This document shows positions 27,604 to 36,704 of a stretch of DNA of 64,000 bases, piece by piece (the first letter of the stretch is position 1; each line of letters begins with the position of its first letter). The notes below the pieces were generated by a model that was not told the origin of the DNA, made no database searches, and saw only the letters and a program-made list of their open reading frames with translations. This DNA is from Fidelibacterota bacterium (lineage in GTDB: Bacteria > Fidelibacterota > Marinisomatia > Marinisomatales > S15-B10). The stretch lies in NCBI GenBank assembly GCA_046861655.1, contig JBHIAI010000002.1:41873-105872 (forward strand). Direction: 5' to 3'. The position numbers and the translations under genes are program-made.

Positions 27604-29079
27604 TCAGGTGTTATTCCGTTCCCGGTTTCTCTTTTCTTCCATCTCCACCATTTTCGCCTCGTCCACGTCCCCGGTGACGTACCATCCGTCCAGGCAGGCC
27701 ATGCAGGGCCGGTCGATGTCGTGTTTCCCCTTTCGGGTGACGGCTTCTTGGAGGTCCTCCAGCGTCTGGTACAGCAGTTTGTCGGCACCGATGTGGGCCT
27801 GAATCTCATCTTCCGACATTCGGTGAGCGATCAATTCCGACCGAGTGGGCATATCCACTCCGTAGAAACATGGGTTTCTGATCGGTGGACACGTGGAGGC
27901 AAAGTAGATTTCCGTGGCGCCGAATTCCCTGACCATTTTGACAATCTCCTTGCTGGTATTGCCTCGGACGATACTGTCATCCACGATGAGGACGGTCTTG
28001 TCTTTGATTTCTGTCTCCTGGGGGACGAGTTTGTACCGCACGGACCGTTTACGTTCCTCCTGGCCAGGCATGATGAAAGTGCGTCCGATGAAAGGATTCT
28101 TGTACAGTCCCTCGGAATACCGAACCCCCAGTTCGTTGGCGAAGGAAAGGGCCGCCGTATTGGCGGTGGACGGGGCGGGAATGACGATATCGGGGAGAAC
28201 CCCGGGAAACCTCTCCTTCCACTTGCGAGCCAGGTTTTGTCCCATGCGGAGGCGGGCCCGGTAGACACTCACATCGTTCATCATGGTATCGGGCCGGGCG
28301 AAATAAACGTATTCGAACACGCACGGGGTGAACTGTGCCTCAGCCAGGATGCGGCTGTGGTAGGATCCGTCCTCGCTGATGAATACCACTTGTCCGGGTG
28401 CCACGTGCCCTCTTATCTTGAAACCGAGGGCATAGAACATGGTGGTTTCGGAAGCGAAAATGAAGTCGATGGTGCCGTCGGGATTCTCCCTTTCCCCCCG
28501 GGCGAGGGGTCGGATGCCGTGGGGATCCCTGAAGACCACCATCCCCTTGCCGATGATCATGGCGACGGTGGAATAGGATCCGCTTGTTTCGTTGAAGACG
28601 GTCTTGGTAGCCCGGCAGACGTGCTCGAAGAAATCACCTCCGTCGTCACTGGAGGCCGAATCATCGAGGGCGTGAGCAAACAGATGCATCACGGCCTCCG
28701 TGTCACTGGTGGAATTCACGTAGCGCTGGTGCTCCTGGGCAAGCTTCACCACCAGATCGCCATGATTGACTATGTTTCCGTTGTGGGCCATGGCGATCCC
28801 GTAAGGAACGCCGGTCCAGAATGGTTGGGCTTCCTCCATGCTGAACCCCCCTGACGTAGGATACCGAGTATGGCCCACGCCCACCGTTCCCTGCAGCCGG
28901 AGCATATTGGCCTCATCAAAGATATCCCGGACGAGCCCCACACCCTTTTTGGAGTGAAATCGCGTGTCGTACGTCATAATACCGGCGGCATCCTGGCCCC
29001 TGTGCTGAAGATGAATAAGGCTCTCGTACAATTCAGCGGCCACGGGCCGGTGGGAAATAATGCCGACGACGCCGCACAT
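27604..29079 (-). CDS. purF: Amidophosphoribosyltransferase
   Basis: N-terminal MCG, LQHRGQDAAG, GHTRYPT, HNGN, CVFEYVYFARPD, VDDSIVRGNT, YGVDMP. Confidence 0.96.
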   Translation of the reverse strand: MCGVVGIISHRPVAAELYESLIHLQHRGQDAAGIMTYDTRFHSKKGVGLVRDIFDEANMLRLQGTVGVGHTRYPTSGGFSMEEAQPFWTGVPYGIAMAHNGNIVNHGDLVVKLAQEHQRYVNSTSDTEAVMHLFAHALDDSASSDDGGDFFEHVCRATKTVFNETSGSYSTVAMIIGKGMVVFRDPHGIRPLARGERENPDGTIDFIFASETTMFYALGFKIRGHVAPGQVVFISEDGSYHSRILAEAQFTPCVFEYVYFARPDTMMNDVSVYRARLRMGQNLARKWKERFPGVLPDIVIPAPSTANTAALSFANELGVRYSEGLYKNPFIGRTFIMPGQEERKRSVRYKLVPQETEIKDKTVLIVDDSIVRGNTSKEIVKMVREFGATEIYFASTCPPIRNPCFYGVDMPTRSELIAHRMSEDEIQAHIGADKLLYQTLEDLQEAVTRKGKHDIDRPCMACLDGWYVTGDVDEAKMVEMEEKRNRERNNT

Positions 29080-29080
29080 G

Positions 29081-30448
29081 TTAGAGTGCGTCCACCACTT
29101 TGGACGCCAGGCCGGTATAAGTCTCGGGGGTGAGGGACAGTAGCATTCGTTTGTCTTCTTCGGGCAGGTCGAGATCTTCAATGAAGGCCGTCATGCTTTC
29201 CCGGGATACCGTTTTGCCCCGGGTAAGAGACCTTAGTCGTTCGTACGGATCGTCCTCGCCCCGTTTCCTCAGGATGGTCTGAACGGCTTCGGCCAGGATC
29301 TCCCAGTGGCTGTTGAGTTCCCGGCGTATCTGGTCTTCATCCGCCTCCACTGTTTCCAGGCCTTTGAGGATGTTTTTCACGGCCAGGAGGGAGTGGGCAA
29401 TGGCCACCCCCTGATTCCGGATTACGGTGCTGCCGGAAAGATCCCGCTGTAACCGGGAAACGGGCAGCGTCTGAGCCAGGTGGGAGCAGTAGGCTACGGC
29501 GAGTCCCGCGTTGCCTTCGGCGTTTTCAAAATGGATGGGGTTCACCTTGTGGGGCATGGTGGAAGATCCCACCTCTCCTTCCCGGGGCTTGAGCCGGAAA
29601 GTTCCCCGGCTGATGTACAACCACAGGTCCCGGGACAGGTCGATCAGAATGGTGTTGACCCGGGTCATCATATGGCAGCTTTCCGCCAGGGAATCGTGGG
29701 TCGAAATCTGGGTGGTGAAAAGGGTGGGTTCCAGATTAAGGGAAGAGACGAAGCGCCGGGTGAATCGGAACCAGTGTACGCGGGGATAGCCTGCGGTATG
29801 GGCACTCCAGGTACCCGAGGCTCCCGACAGTTTTCCTTCGAGAGTGTGGGAACTCAGTTGACCCAGTTGTCGGTCCAGGCGGTGGTGAAACACGGCAAAT
29901 TCCTTTCCCAGCGAAGTAGGGGTGGCGGGCTGACCGTGGGTAAGGGCCAGGATTGACAGGTCTTTGTACCGGCGGGCGAGGGCCTTCAGCCGGTCGTGCA
30001 GTCGTTCCAGATGGGGGATATAGACTTTAGAAAGGGCCTCCTGCCACATCAGACCGTAGGCCAGATTGTTGATGTCTTCGGAAGTGAGAGCGTAATGTAT
30101 CCAGGGTCCGTATTTGCCCAATTCCAAGCGTGTAAGCTTTCTCCGGAGAAAGTATTCCACCGCTTTGACGTCGTGGCCGATCCGGTCTTCTGTTTTCTTG
30201 ATGGCCTGAAAGTCCCCCGGGGAGAATTCCAGGAACAGGGATCGAAGGCGTTTCCGTTCCCCTGACTGTAGAGGTGGCAGTTCAGCGATCCCTTTCTCCT
30301 CCGTGAGGGCAATCAGGTATTCAATCTCAACCCGCACCCGGGTGCGGTTCAGGGCAAATTCCGAGACGTACGGAATGAGTTCCTCGAGTTCCTTCCTGTA
30401 CCGATCGTCCAGGGGGGATATGTTGTACTTTTCAACCACGGAGGTCAC
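29081..30448 (-). CDS. purB: Adenylosuccinate lyase
   Basis: ISPLDDRY, HDVKAVEY, TSEDINN, THGQPATPT, GSSTMPHKVNPI.FEN, SRLQRDLS. Confidence 0.95.
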   Translation of the reverse strand: MTSVVEKYNISPLDDRYRKELEELIPYVSEFALNRTRVRVEIEYLIALTEEKGIAELPPLQSGERKRLRSLFLEFSPGDFQAIKKTEDRIGHDVKAVEYFLRRKLTRLELGKYGPWIHYALTSEDINNLAYGLMWQEALSKVYIPHLERLHDRLKALARRYKDLSILALTHGQPATPTSLGKEFAVFHHRLDRQLGQLSSHTLEGKLSGASGTWSAHTAGYPRVHWFRFTRRFVSSLNLEPTLFTTQISTHDSLAESCHMMTRVNTILIDLSRDLWLYISRGTFRLKPREGEVGSSTMPHKVNPIHFENAEGNAGLAVAYCSHLAQTLPVSRLQRDLSGSTVIRNQGVAIAHSLLAVKNILKGLETVEADEDQIRRELNSHWEILAEAVQTILRKRGEDDPYERLRSLTRGKTVSRESMTAFIEDLDLPEEDKRMLLSLTPETYTGLASKVVDAL

Positions 30449-30550
30449 AGAGGTTGCCTACTGTTTGGATGAATAAGGTTTTCGACCCCAGCATGCAGAG
30501 AGGTTTTGGTGAACCACGTGATATTCTTGGGTTATTCCTTCTGACGAATA

Positions 30551-30958
30551 CTAATTCTCTGTGTCCTCTGCAGCTAAAGAAAGGATCCGTTTCACGGCCA
30601 GGGCACAGTTCCCCGGATCCAGGATGGTGAGAACCGGAGTTTCGCTGGGCATCTGAAGGGTTGATTGGATGTTGACCATCATATCCACCCGGTCTCGGAA
30701 CGGAGGACAGGCAAGGGTGGGGAAAGAAGCATTGGCTGCCACGAATCCCGACAGGGCGTTGGAGCGGCCGGCGATGGTGACGTAGACCAGGGATTTTTCC
30801 GTCTCGTATGACTGGAGGATTTCCATAAGTTTTTTGGGTTGTTTGTGGGCGGAGGCTACATGTGTATCATTGGGGATACCGTATGAGTCCAGTTTCTCGG
30901 TGATCTTTTGGGCGTGGGCCTCGTCTGACGACGAGCCAAGAATAAGAACAGCCTTCAT
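30551..30958 (-). CDS. purE: AIR carboxylase PurE (class II-like)
   Basis: ILGSSSD, VASAHK, IAGRSNALSGFV, STLQMPS. Confidence 0.88.
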   Translation of the reverse strand: MKAVLILGSSSDEAHAQKITEKLDSYGIPNDTHVASAHKQPKKLMEILQSYETEKSLVYVTIAGRSNALSGFVAANASFPTLACPPFRDRVDMMVNIQSTLQMPSETPVLTILDPGNCALAVKRILSLAAEDTEN

Positions 30959-30979
30959 TGCATGGTCAGGGTTCTTACA

Positions 30980-31006
30980 TCCCCCCGACCCCCTTCAAAG
31001 GGGGAC
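30980..31006. repeat. Short GC-rich REP-like hairpin between purC and purE
   Basis: TCCCCCCGACCCCCTTCAAAGGGGGAC. Confidence 0.45.
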
Positions 31007-31052
31007 GTATGGCGCGGGTTGTAAGAAACAATTTGACTTCTCATACCGGCAT

Positions 31053-32030
31053 TCAACCCGAGGACAGGTACGATGAAAGGTTTTTTTCGATGCGTTCGGT
31101 AATCGGAAAACCCCGGTCCGGGAAGGAAAATGGTCTTCCCGTAATCATTTCGTACAGTTGAATATAGCGTCTCGACAGCTCAATCACGAGGTCTTCCGGC
31201 GGTTCGGGCAGGGTTTTGTCCCGGTATGGATCGCAGTGGTCCACGAACCAGAGGCGAAGAAACTCCTTATCGATATTCTCCGGTTCCTCCCCCCTGGAGA
31301 ATCTTGCCTCATAGGAATCGGCCAGCCAGTACCGGCTGGAATCGGGGGTGTGAATCTCATCCACCAACAGGATGTTCCCGTCCGGATCCTTGCCGAATTC
31401 GTACTTGGTGTCCACCAGAATAAGATCGTGGTTTCTCGCAGTCCTCTGACCGAAGTCAAAAAGAGCCATAGCAGCGTCACTGGCCAGGGACCAATCCGCT
31501 TCCTCCATGAGTCCCTCCTTCAGGATCTCCCGGGGCGACACGGGCCGGTCGTGGTGGAGAGCCTTGGTGGTGGGAGTGAGAAGAGGCTGCCTGAGTTTCT
31601 CATTTTTCCGGAGACCTTCAGGGAGAGCGTTGCCACAATAGGTACGGGCCCCCCTCTCATAGTGGGTCCACAGAGAGGTGTTCGTGGTGCCCGTGATGTA
31701 GCCTCGAACCACGAATTCAACGGGGAATACTTCGCACGTCCTCGCTACGGTAACATTGGGATCGGGAACATCCAGAACGTGATTGCCGATGATGTCCCTG
31801 GTTCGCTCGAACCACCATACGCTGGTCTCGTTGAGAACCTGTCCTTTGAAGGGGATAGCAGCCAGGATTCGATCGAAAGCGCTCTGTCTGTCCGTGGTGA
31901 TGAGAAACAGGGTGTCTCCGGACCCGTACCGGTCCCTTACCTTGCCTGAGTGTTTCGTCCCCAGGGGGAAATCGGTCTGTGTCAAGCAATTATCGAGATT
32001 GTCCTTGATGATCGTGCGGACCTGATCCAT
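31053..32030 (-). CDS. purC: SAICAR synthetase
   Basis: GKVRDRY, TTDRQSAFD, IPFKGQVLN, VEFVVRGY.TG, TPTTKA, LVDTKYEFG, DEIHTPDSSRYW, DKEFLR. Confidence 0.95.
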   Translation of the reverse strand: MDQVRTIIKDNLDNCLTQTDFPLGTKHSGKVRDRYGSGDTLFLITTDRQSAFDRILAAIPFKGQVLNETSVWWFERTRDIIGNHVLDVPDPNVTVARTCEVFPVEFVVRGYITGTTNTSLWTHYERGARTYCGNALPEGLRKNEKLRQPLLTPTTKALHHDRPVSPREILKEGLMEEADWSLASDAAMALFDFGQRTARNHDLILVDTKYEFGKDPDGNILLVDEIHTPDSSRYWLADSYEARFSRGEEPENIDKEFLRLWFVDHCDPYRDKTLPEPPEDLVIELSRRYIQLYEMITGRPFSFPDRGFPITERIEKNLSSYLSSG

Positions 32031-32033
32031 CGT

Positions 32034-33290
32034 CTAACCGTAGCGATAGCAAAGGTGTGAGAAAGGGTTGAAAAGAATATGGGTGTCCAGGACGCGTCGC
32101 AATACTTCATCGGGATTGCCGGTCTGTGGAGTAAGAGTCCAGAGGACTCCCTTGTTGATAGCATGGATGCCGTTCATGTGAAACCGGTGCCTTAGCGTTT
32201 CCAGCTTTTGCCGACCCACAAAGTCGTCCCGGTAGCGAACCAGGAGAGAGACGGAACCGGGCTTCCCGGTGAACGTGACGACCCTTTCCTTGTTGGAATT
32301 GAGCAGCTCCCCCGTGTCTTCTATCTGCTTAAGAAGCCCGTTCCTGGGACCGCCCTTCATCTCAATTTCCCAGTGAGTCTGCCGGAAAACAGTGACAGGG
32401 ATGTTCAGCTGGCTGAGGGCAGTCTCCACCGAGACGGCCTCGTGATCCGTAATGATAAGGTCCACCAGAAGTTCCCGGGCGTTGTCACGGGGTTCATAGG
32501 GAGCCAGCGAGAATCTCGGAGGCCGAAAGGCAAGACTCTTGGGTGGTATTCTTCTATCGTCTCTGATACTGCCTCTCATGGAGGAAAAGATGACATCTCC
32601 CTGGAACGTCCGTTCAGGATGAGGCATTATGGCGAGGACGTTACCTCCGGGGTTGCAGACTCCCGCAAGATTGTCAGCGGAGCCGTTTGGATTGACGGGG
32701 AATTCCGGAGTCACGGACCCGGTAGAATCACAATAACGGAAAACTGTTTGTCCGTTTTCTCTGAGTTCTTTCAGGAGTTCTTCAGATACCATGAATCTCC
32801 CCTCGGCATGGGCGACGGGAACGGGGAAATGGTCTCCGGGTTTCAAATTCCTGGTGAAGGCGCACCGGCGGCTGGGAACGGAAAGTTGGATATTGACCCA
32901 GGCGTTGTAGTAACCGGTGCCGAGAACATGACCCTCCTTAACCCGGCGGTTTGAGGCCAGGGCCAACCCCGGAGCGTAGTTGTTCAGTCCGGGGACCAGG
33001 CCCCCTTCCACCAGCACCTGGGCGCCGTTGCAAATGCCCAGGACCGGTTTCCCTTTCTCGCTTTCCTCCCGAATAACTGCCATGAGGGGATCCAGGGCGG
33101 CGATGATCCCGGCCCGGGACCGGTCCTCATAGGCGAACCCGCCGATGATGATATACCCATGGCATGTTCGAAGCTTCCGGGGAGGTTCGTTCCAGAAGAA
33201 TTCCACGGGCTCCATTCCTGCCCGTTTGACGGCCATAATGGATTCCCGCTCGCAGTTACTGCCCGGGAACTGGATGATGGCGATACGCAT
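32034..33290 (-). CDS. purQ: FGAM synthase glutaminase PurQ with C-terminal tandem PurS-like extension
   Basis: FPGSNC, GGFAYED, GICNGAQ, AHAEGRF, NPNGS, MPHPER, followed by about 170 extra aa. Confidence 0.88.
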   Translation of the reverse strand: MRIAIIQFPGSNCERESIMAVKRAGMEPVEFFWNEPPRKLRTCHGYIIIGGFAYEDRSRAGIIAALDPLMAVIREESEKGKPVLGICNGAQVLVEGGLVPGLNNYAPGLALASNRRVKEGHVLGTGYYNAWVNIQLSVPSRRCAFTRNLKPGDHFPVPVAHAEGRFMVSEELLKELRENGQTVFRYCDSTGSVTPEFPVNPNGSADNLAGVCNPGGNVLAIMPHPERTFQGDVIFSSMRGSIRDDRRIPPKSLAFRPPRFSLAPYEPRDNARELLVDLIITDHEAVSVETALSQLNIPVTVFRQTHWEIEMKGGPRNGLLKQIEDTGELLNSNKERVVTFTGKPGSVSLLVRYRDDFVGRQKLETLRHRFHMNGIHAINKGVLWTLTPQTGNPDEVLRRVLDTHILFNPFSHLCYRYG

Positions 33291-34345
33291 CAGAGTAATT
33301 TAATCTCCCCGTTTCCCTCCACCACTCCCCCGATTTCATGAACCTGAAACGTTCGAAACTGCTCAATCACCCGGGTGATCTTTCTGATCCCCTCCGCCGG
33401 AGCGATGATGACCAGGCCGATACCCATATTGAAGGTGCGAAACATCTCCCGGAGGTCCACGTTTCCCAGCTTCCTCATCACGTCAAATACGGCAGGCCGC
33501 GACCAGTTTTCGGTGTGGATCTCAGCCCCACATCCGGGAGGAAGAATACGGGGAATGTTTTCCAGCAGCCCCCCACCCGTGATGTGAGCCATGCCCTTGA
33601 GCGGAAGACCGGCGTCCACCAGGGCCAGGACGGGTCTGGTATAGTTGAGGTGAGGTTCCAGAAGTGTTTCGCCCACCGTGGACGTCAAGCCCGGACAGTG
33701 GGAATTCACGTCAAACCTCCCCCGTTCGAAGAAAATCTTTCGGGCCAGGGAGTAGCCATTGGTATGAAGACCGCTGGAGGCCAGACCCAGGAGGGCATCA
33801 CCGGGCTGGATGTTCTGCCCTCCAAGGACGAGGTTTTTCTCCACCACTCCGGTGATCACGCCCACCAGGTCGTGTTCCCCCGGACGGTAGGTGCCGGGCA
33901 TTTCAGCCGTTTCTCCTCCCACCAGGGATACCCCTGCATCCCGGCAGGCCTGGGCCATTCCTGTGACTATGGCTTCGACCACATCCGGGTCCAGCCGGTC
34001 GCTGGCGATGTAGTCCATCAGAATCAGCGGTTTCGCCCCGAGTACAACAATATCGTTGCAGGTGGCACTGACCAGGTCGATCCCAAGGGTATCGTAGCGG
34101 TTCATCATCCTGGCCACGATCATTTTGGTCCCGACCCCGTCAATGCTCTGGACAAGGACCGGATGGCGGTATCCCCGGGTCAGTTCCTTCAGATCGACCA
34201 TGGCTCCGAAAGATCCTATGTCGGTGAGCACGGCCGGACCGAAGGTCTCCCTTGCCATTCCGGCAATACGGCTGATGGCCACATTTGAGGCATCGATGTC
34301 CACCCCGGACGACCTGTAGTCTGTTTTCTTTGGAGGAGGTGTCAT
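33290..34345 (-). CDS. purM: AIR synthetase
   Basis: YRSSGVDI, DGVGTK, GGETAEMP, SSGLHTNGYSL, AHITGGG, TFNMGIG. Start set at MTPP. Confidence 0.95.
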   Translation of the reverse strand: MTPPPKKTDYRSSGVDIDASNVAISRIAGMARETFGPAVLTDIGSFGAMVDLKELTRGYRHPVLVQSIDGVGTKMIVARMMNRYDTLGIDLVSATCNDIVVLGAKPLILMDYIASDRLDPDVVEAIVTGMAQACRDAGVSLVGGETAEMPGTYRPGEHDLVGVITGVVEKNLVLGGQNIQPGDALLGLASSGLHTNGYSLARKIFFERGRFDVNSHCPGLTSTVGETLLEPHLNYTRPVLALVDAGLPLKGMAHITGGGLLENIPRILPPGCGAEIHTENWSRPAVFDVMRKLGNVDLREMFRTFNMGIGLVIIAPAEGIRKITRVIEQFRTFQVHEIGGVVEGNGEIKLL

Positions 34346-36699
34346 TCCAGTTTTTGCCTCAACCCCTCCAGCCACGCGTTTCTGGCCCGGGATGCGGACA
34401 GGTGAATGGATTCATTCATGGAAAGGACTGAGTCGGAGGTGGTTCGGCCGATCTTCAGGAGGGAAACACCGTAGTGGTTGAAGATTTCATTCAGGGAGTC
34501 CTGATCTTCGGTGTTGACCTCAAGGATAAATCCCCCCGTTTCCCCGAAGAGCATCCGGTCCTCCTGGATATTCCCGGGGATGTCCACCCGGCACCCTATG
34601 ACATCCGGCGGCAGCACGAGAGCCAGAAGGGTCATTTCCGCCAGGGCCACGGCTATACCTCCTTCGGAGATGTCGTGACAGGAGAGCAACAACCCTTCGG
34701 AGGCGGCATCGGTGACGGCATAGATCTGTTGTTGTGCTTCGTGAAGATCAGGTTTAGGAACCCGGGCGCCCAGGGTGCCGTGAAGGGAATAGTAGACACT
34801 GCCCCCACATTCGTCTTTTCGCTCGCCCACGAGAAAGAGAAGGGAATCCACTTTCTTGAACCCGGCCGTAACGGTCCGGGAGACATCCGTCAGCTTTCCC
34901 AGGCAGCTGACGATAGGACTGGGAGGAATAGGACCCTGTTTGGATTCGTTGTAGAATGATACGTTTCCTGCGATGACGGGAACAGGGTGCCCGGGGAATT
35001 CTTTTAGATGAATGCCTTTGCAGGCATGGGCCACTCCCCGCACGGACTCTGCGAAGTCCCACATTTGATGTTCCTTTTCCGGATTGCCGAAGCACAGACA
35101 GTCTGTGACTGCCTGGGGGGTAGCGCCCACCGCTGCCACGTTACGCATGGATTCCACAACGGCATTCACCGCTCCCCAGAAAGGGTCAATCTTGCAGTAC
35201 CGGGGATTGTGATCCACCGACAGGGCAATTCCCACTGGGTGAATCTCCTCCGGGTAGGAATCATCGGCGAAGGGTTGCAGGACGCCGGCATCGGCCAGGC
35301 CGGCCTCCACGACCGTCCGGCCCTGGACCTGTTTATCGTAGGTTTCAAACACAGGTGAGCGGGAAGCTACATTTTCATGGGCCAGGAGGGCCAGAAGGGT
35401 ACCATCATAGTCGTCCGGTTCGGGAATATGGGGTTCTTTCCACCCGTCCCTTCTGGGAGTGAACGGACGGTCGTACAGAAATCCTTCCGTCACCTGTCTC
35501 GCCGGAGCATCCACGATGAGGGTCCCGTTGGAACGAACCCGGTACTGACCGTTGCCGGTCACCTTCCCTACCACCTGGGCTCTTGCTCCCCTGGAAACCG
35601 TGGGAAGATCGTAGGTCTCATTGTAGTGATGAAGAATCATGGGGGTGATCTCGGGGGGACTGACCCACATGAACCGTTCCTGGGTTTCAGAACACAGGAC
35701 CACTGACGGATGGAGGGCATTCATGTCCACCGGGACATCGTCCAGACACACCTCAGCTCCGTACCCCCCGTTGTGGGCCAATTCCACACTAGCACAGGCG
35801 ATGCCACCGGCTCCCAGATCTTTCAATCCCACCCGGGAAAAGAGTCCCCTTTCCTTGAGAAGAGCGAAAAGGTCGTAGGTCGATTTCAGAAGGTGCCTTT
35901 CCAGGAAGGCGTTCGGTTCCTGAACGGCCCCCTTCTTGGCCTGTTTTTCCTCTTCGTTGAGTTCGAGGGAGGCAAAGCTCGCCCCGCCGAAGCCGCTGTT
36001 GTCGGTGGGCTTGCCCACCAGAATCAGGTCGTACCCATCCGCGTTGACGGGCGCCCTGGACCGGATAATCTCATCCTCCCGTACGATGCCCAGAGTGACC
36101 ACGGTCACCAGGCAATTCTCGTTATAGCCTTCATCAAAGTAAAGGTCTCCACCGATATTCGGAACGCCGATGGGGTTGCCATAACCGGCGATGCCGGATA
36201 CGACCCCGTCATGGATCCACCGGGTTTTGGGGGAATTGATATTTCCAAACCTTAGACCGTCTGCGACGGCTATGACCGTGGCACCCATACAGGCAACGTC
36301 GCGGACGTTGCCCCCGATGCCCGTTGCCGCCCCTTCGTAAGGAACGATCTGGGAAGGGTGGTTGTGAGATTCATGACTCATGGCAATGCCGTAGCGAATC
36401 CCATCGGTGTCCTCGGCTATGGCCACAATACCGGCGTCTTCTTTGGGGCCGAGAATGACCGTGGGTCCTTCCGAGACCAGTTGTCTTAAGTGAGATCTGC
36501 TGCTCTTGTAAGAAGAGTGCTCCGAACCCTGAATGGACCACAGGACACATTCGGTCAGGGAAGGAGGCCTGCCCAGAATCTCGTTCTGAATCTTGAGAAC
36601 CTCTTGCACGGTTAACGGGAGTCTGTTCCGCCGCAAAGTGATCTGAATCTCATCATCGCTGAGGGATGAAAAATCTATGGTCTCACCGGTGAAAGGCAT
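34342..36699 (-). CDS. purL: FGAM synthase small PurL
   Basis: SEHSSYKSS, ESHNHPS, GAATGIGG, DLGAGG, SETQERF, FGNPE, GNVSFYN, HDISEGG. Confidence 0.95.
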   Translation of the reverse strand: MPFTGETIDFSSLSDDEIQITLRRNRLPLTVQEVLKIQNEILGRPPSLTECVLWSIQGSEHSSYKSSRSHLRQLVSEGPTVILGPKEDAGIVAIAEDTDGIRYGIAMSHESHNHPSQIVPYEGAATGIGGNVRDVACMGATVIAVADGLRFGNINSPKTRWIHDGVVSGIAGYGNPIGVPNIGGDLYFDEGYNENCLVTVVTLGIVREDEIIRSRAPVNADGYDLILVGKPTDNSGFGGASFASLELNEEEKQAKKGAVQEPNAFLERHLLKSTYDLFALLKERGLFSRVGLKDLGAGGIACASVELAHNGGYGAEVCLDDVPVDMNALHPSVVLCSETQERFMWVSPPEITPMILHHYNETYDLPTVSRGARAQVVGKVTGNGQYRVRSNGTLIVDAPARQVTEGFLYDRPFTPRRDGWKEPHIPEPDDYDGTLLALLAHENVASRSPVFETYDKQVQGRTVVEAGLADAGVLQPFADDSYPEEIHPVGIALSVDHNPRYCKIDPFWGAVNAVVESMRNVAAVGATPQAVTDCLCFGNPEKEHQMWDFAESVRGVAHACKGIHLKEFPGHPVPVIAGNVSFYNESKQGPIPPSPIVSCLGKLTDVSRTVTAGFKKVDSLLFLVGERKDECGGSVYYSLHGTLGARVPKPDLHEAQQQIYAVTDAASEGLLLSCHDISEGGIAVALAEMTLLALVLPPDVIGCRVDIPGNIQEDRMLFGETGGFILEVNTEDQDSLNEIFNHYGVSLLKIGRTTSDSVLSMNESIHLSASRARNAWLEGLRQKLE

Positions 36700-36704
36700 G
36701 GGAA

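Noticed and set aside
27565..28854. 429-aa + strand ORF and many similar long antisense ORFs (e.g. 33338-34288, 36771-37739, 41330-42328, 49745-50782, 12342-13358)
   Set aside because: Shadow ORFs opposite well-supported genes in GC-rich DNA, with no recognisable motifs.
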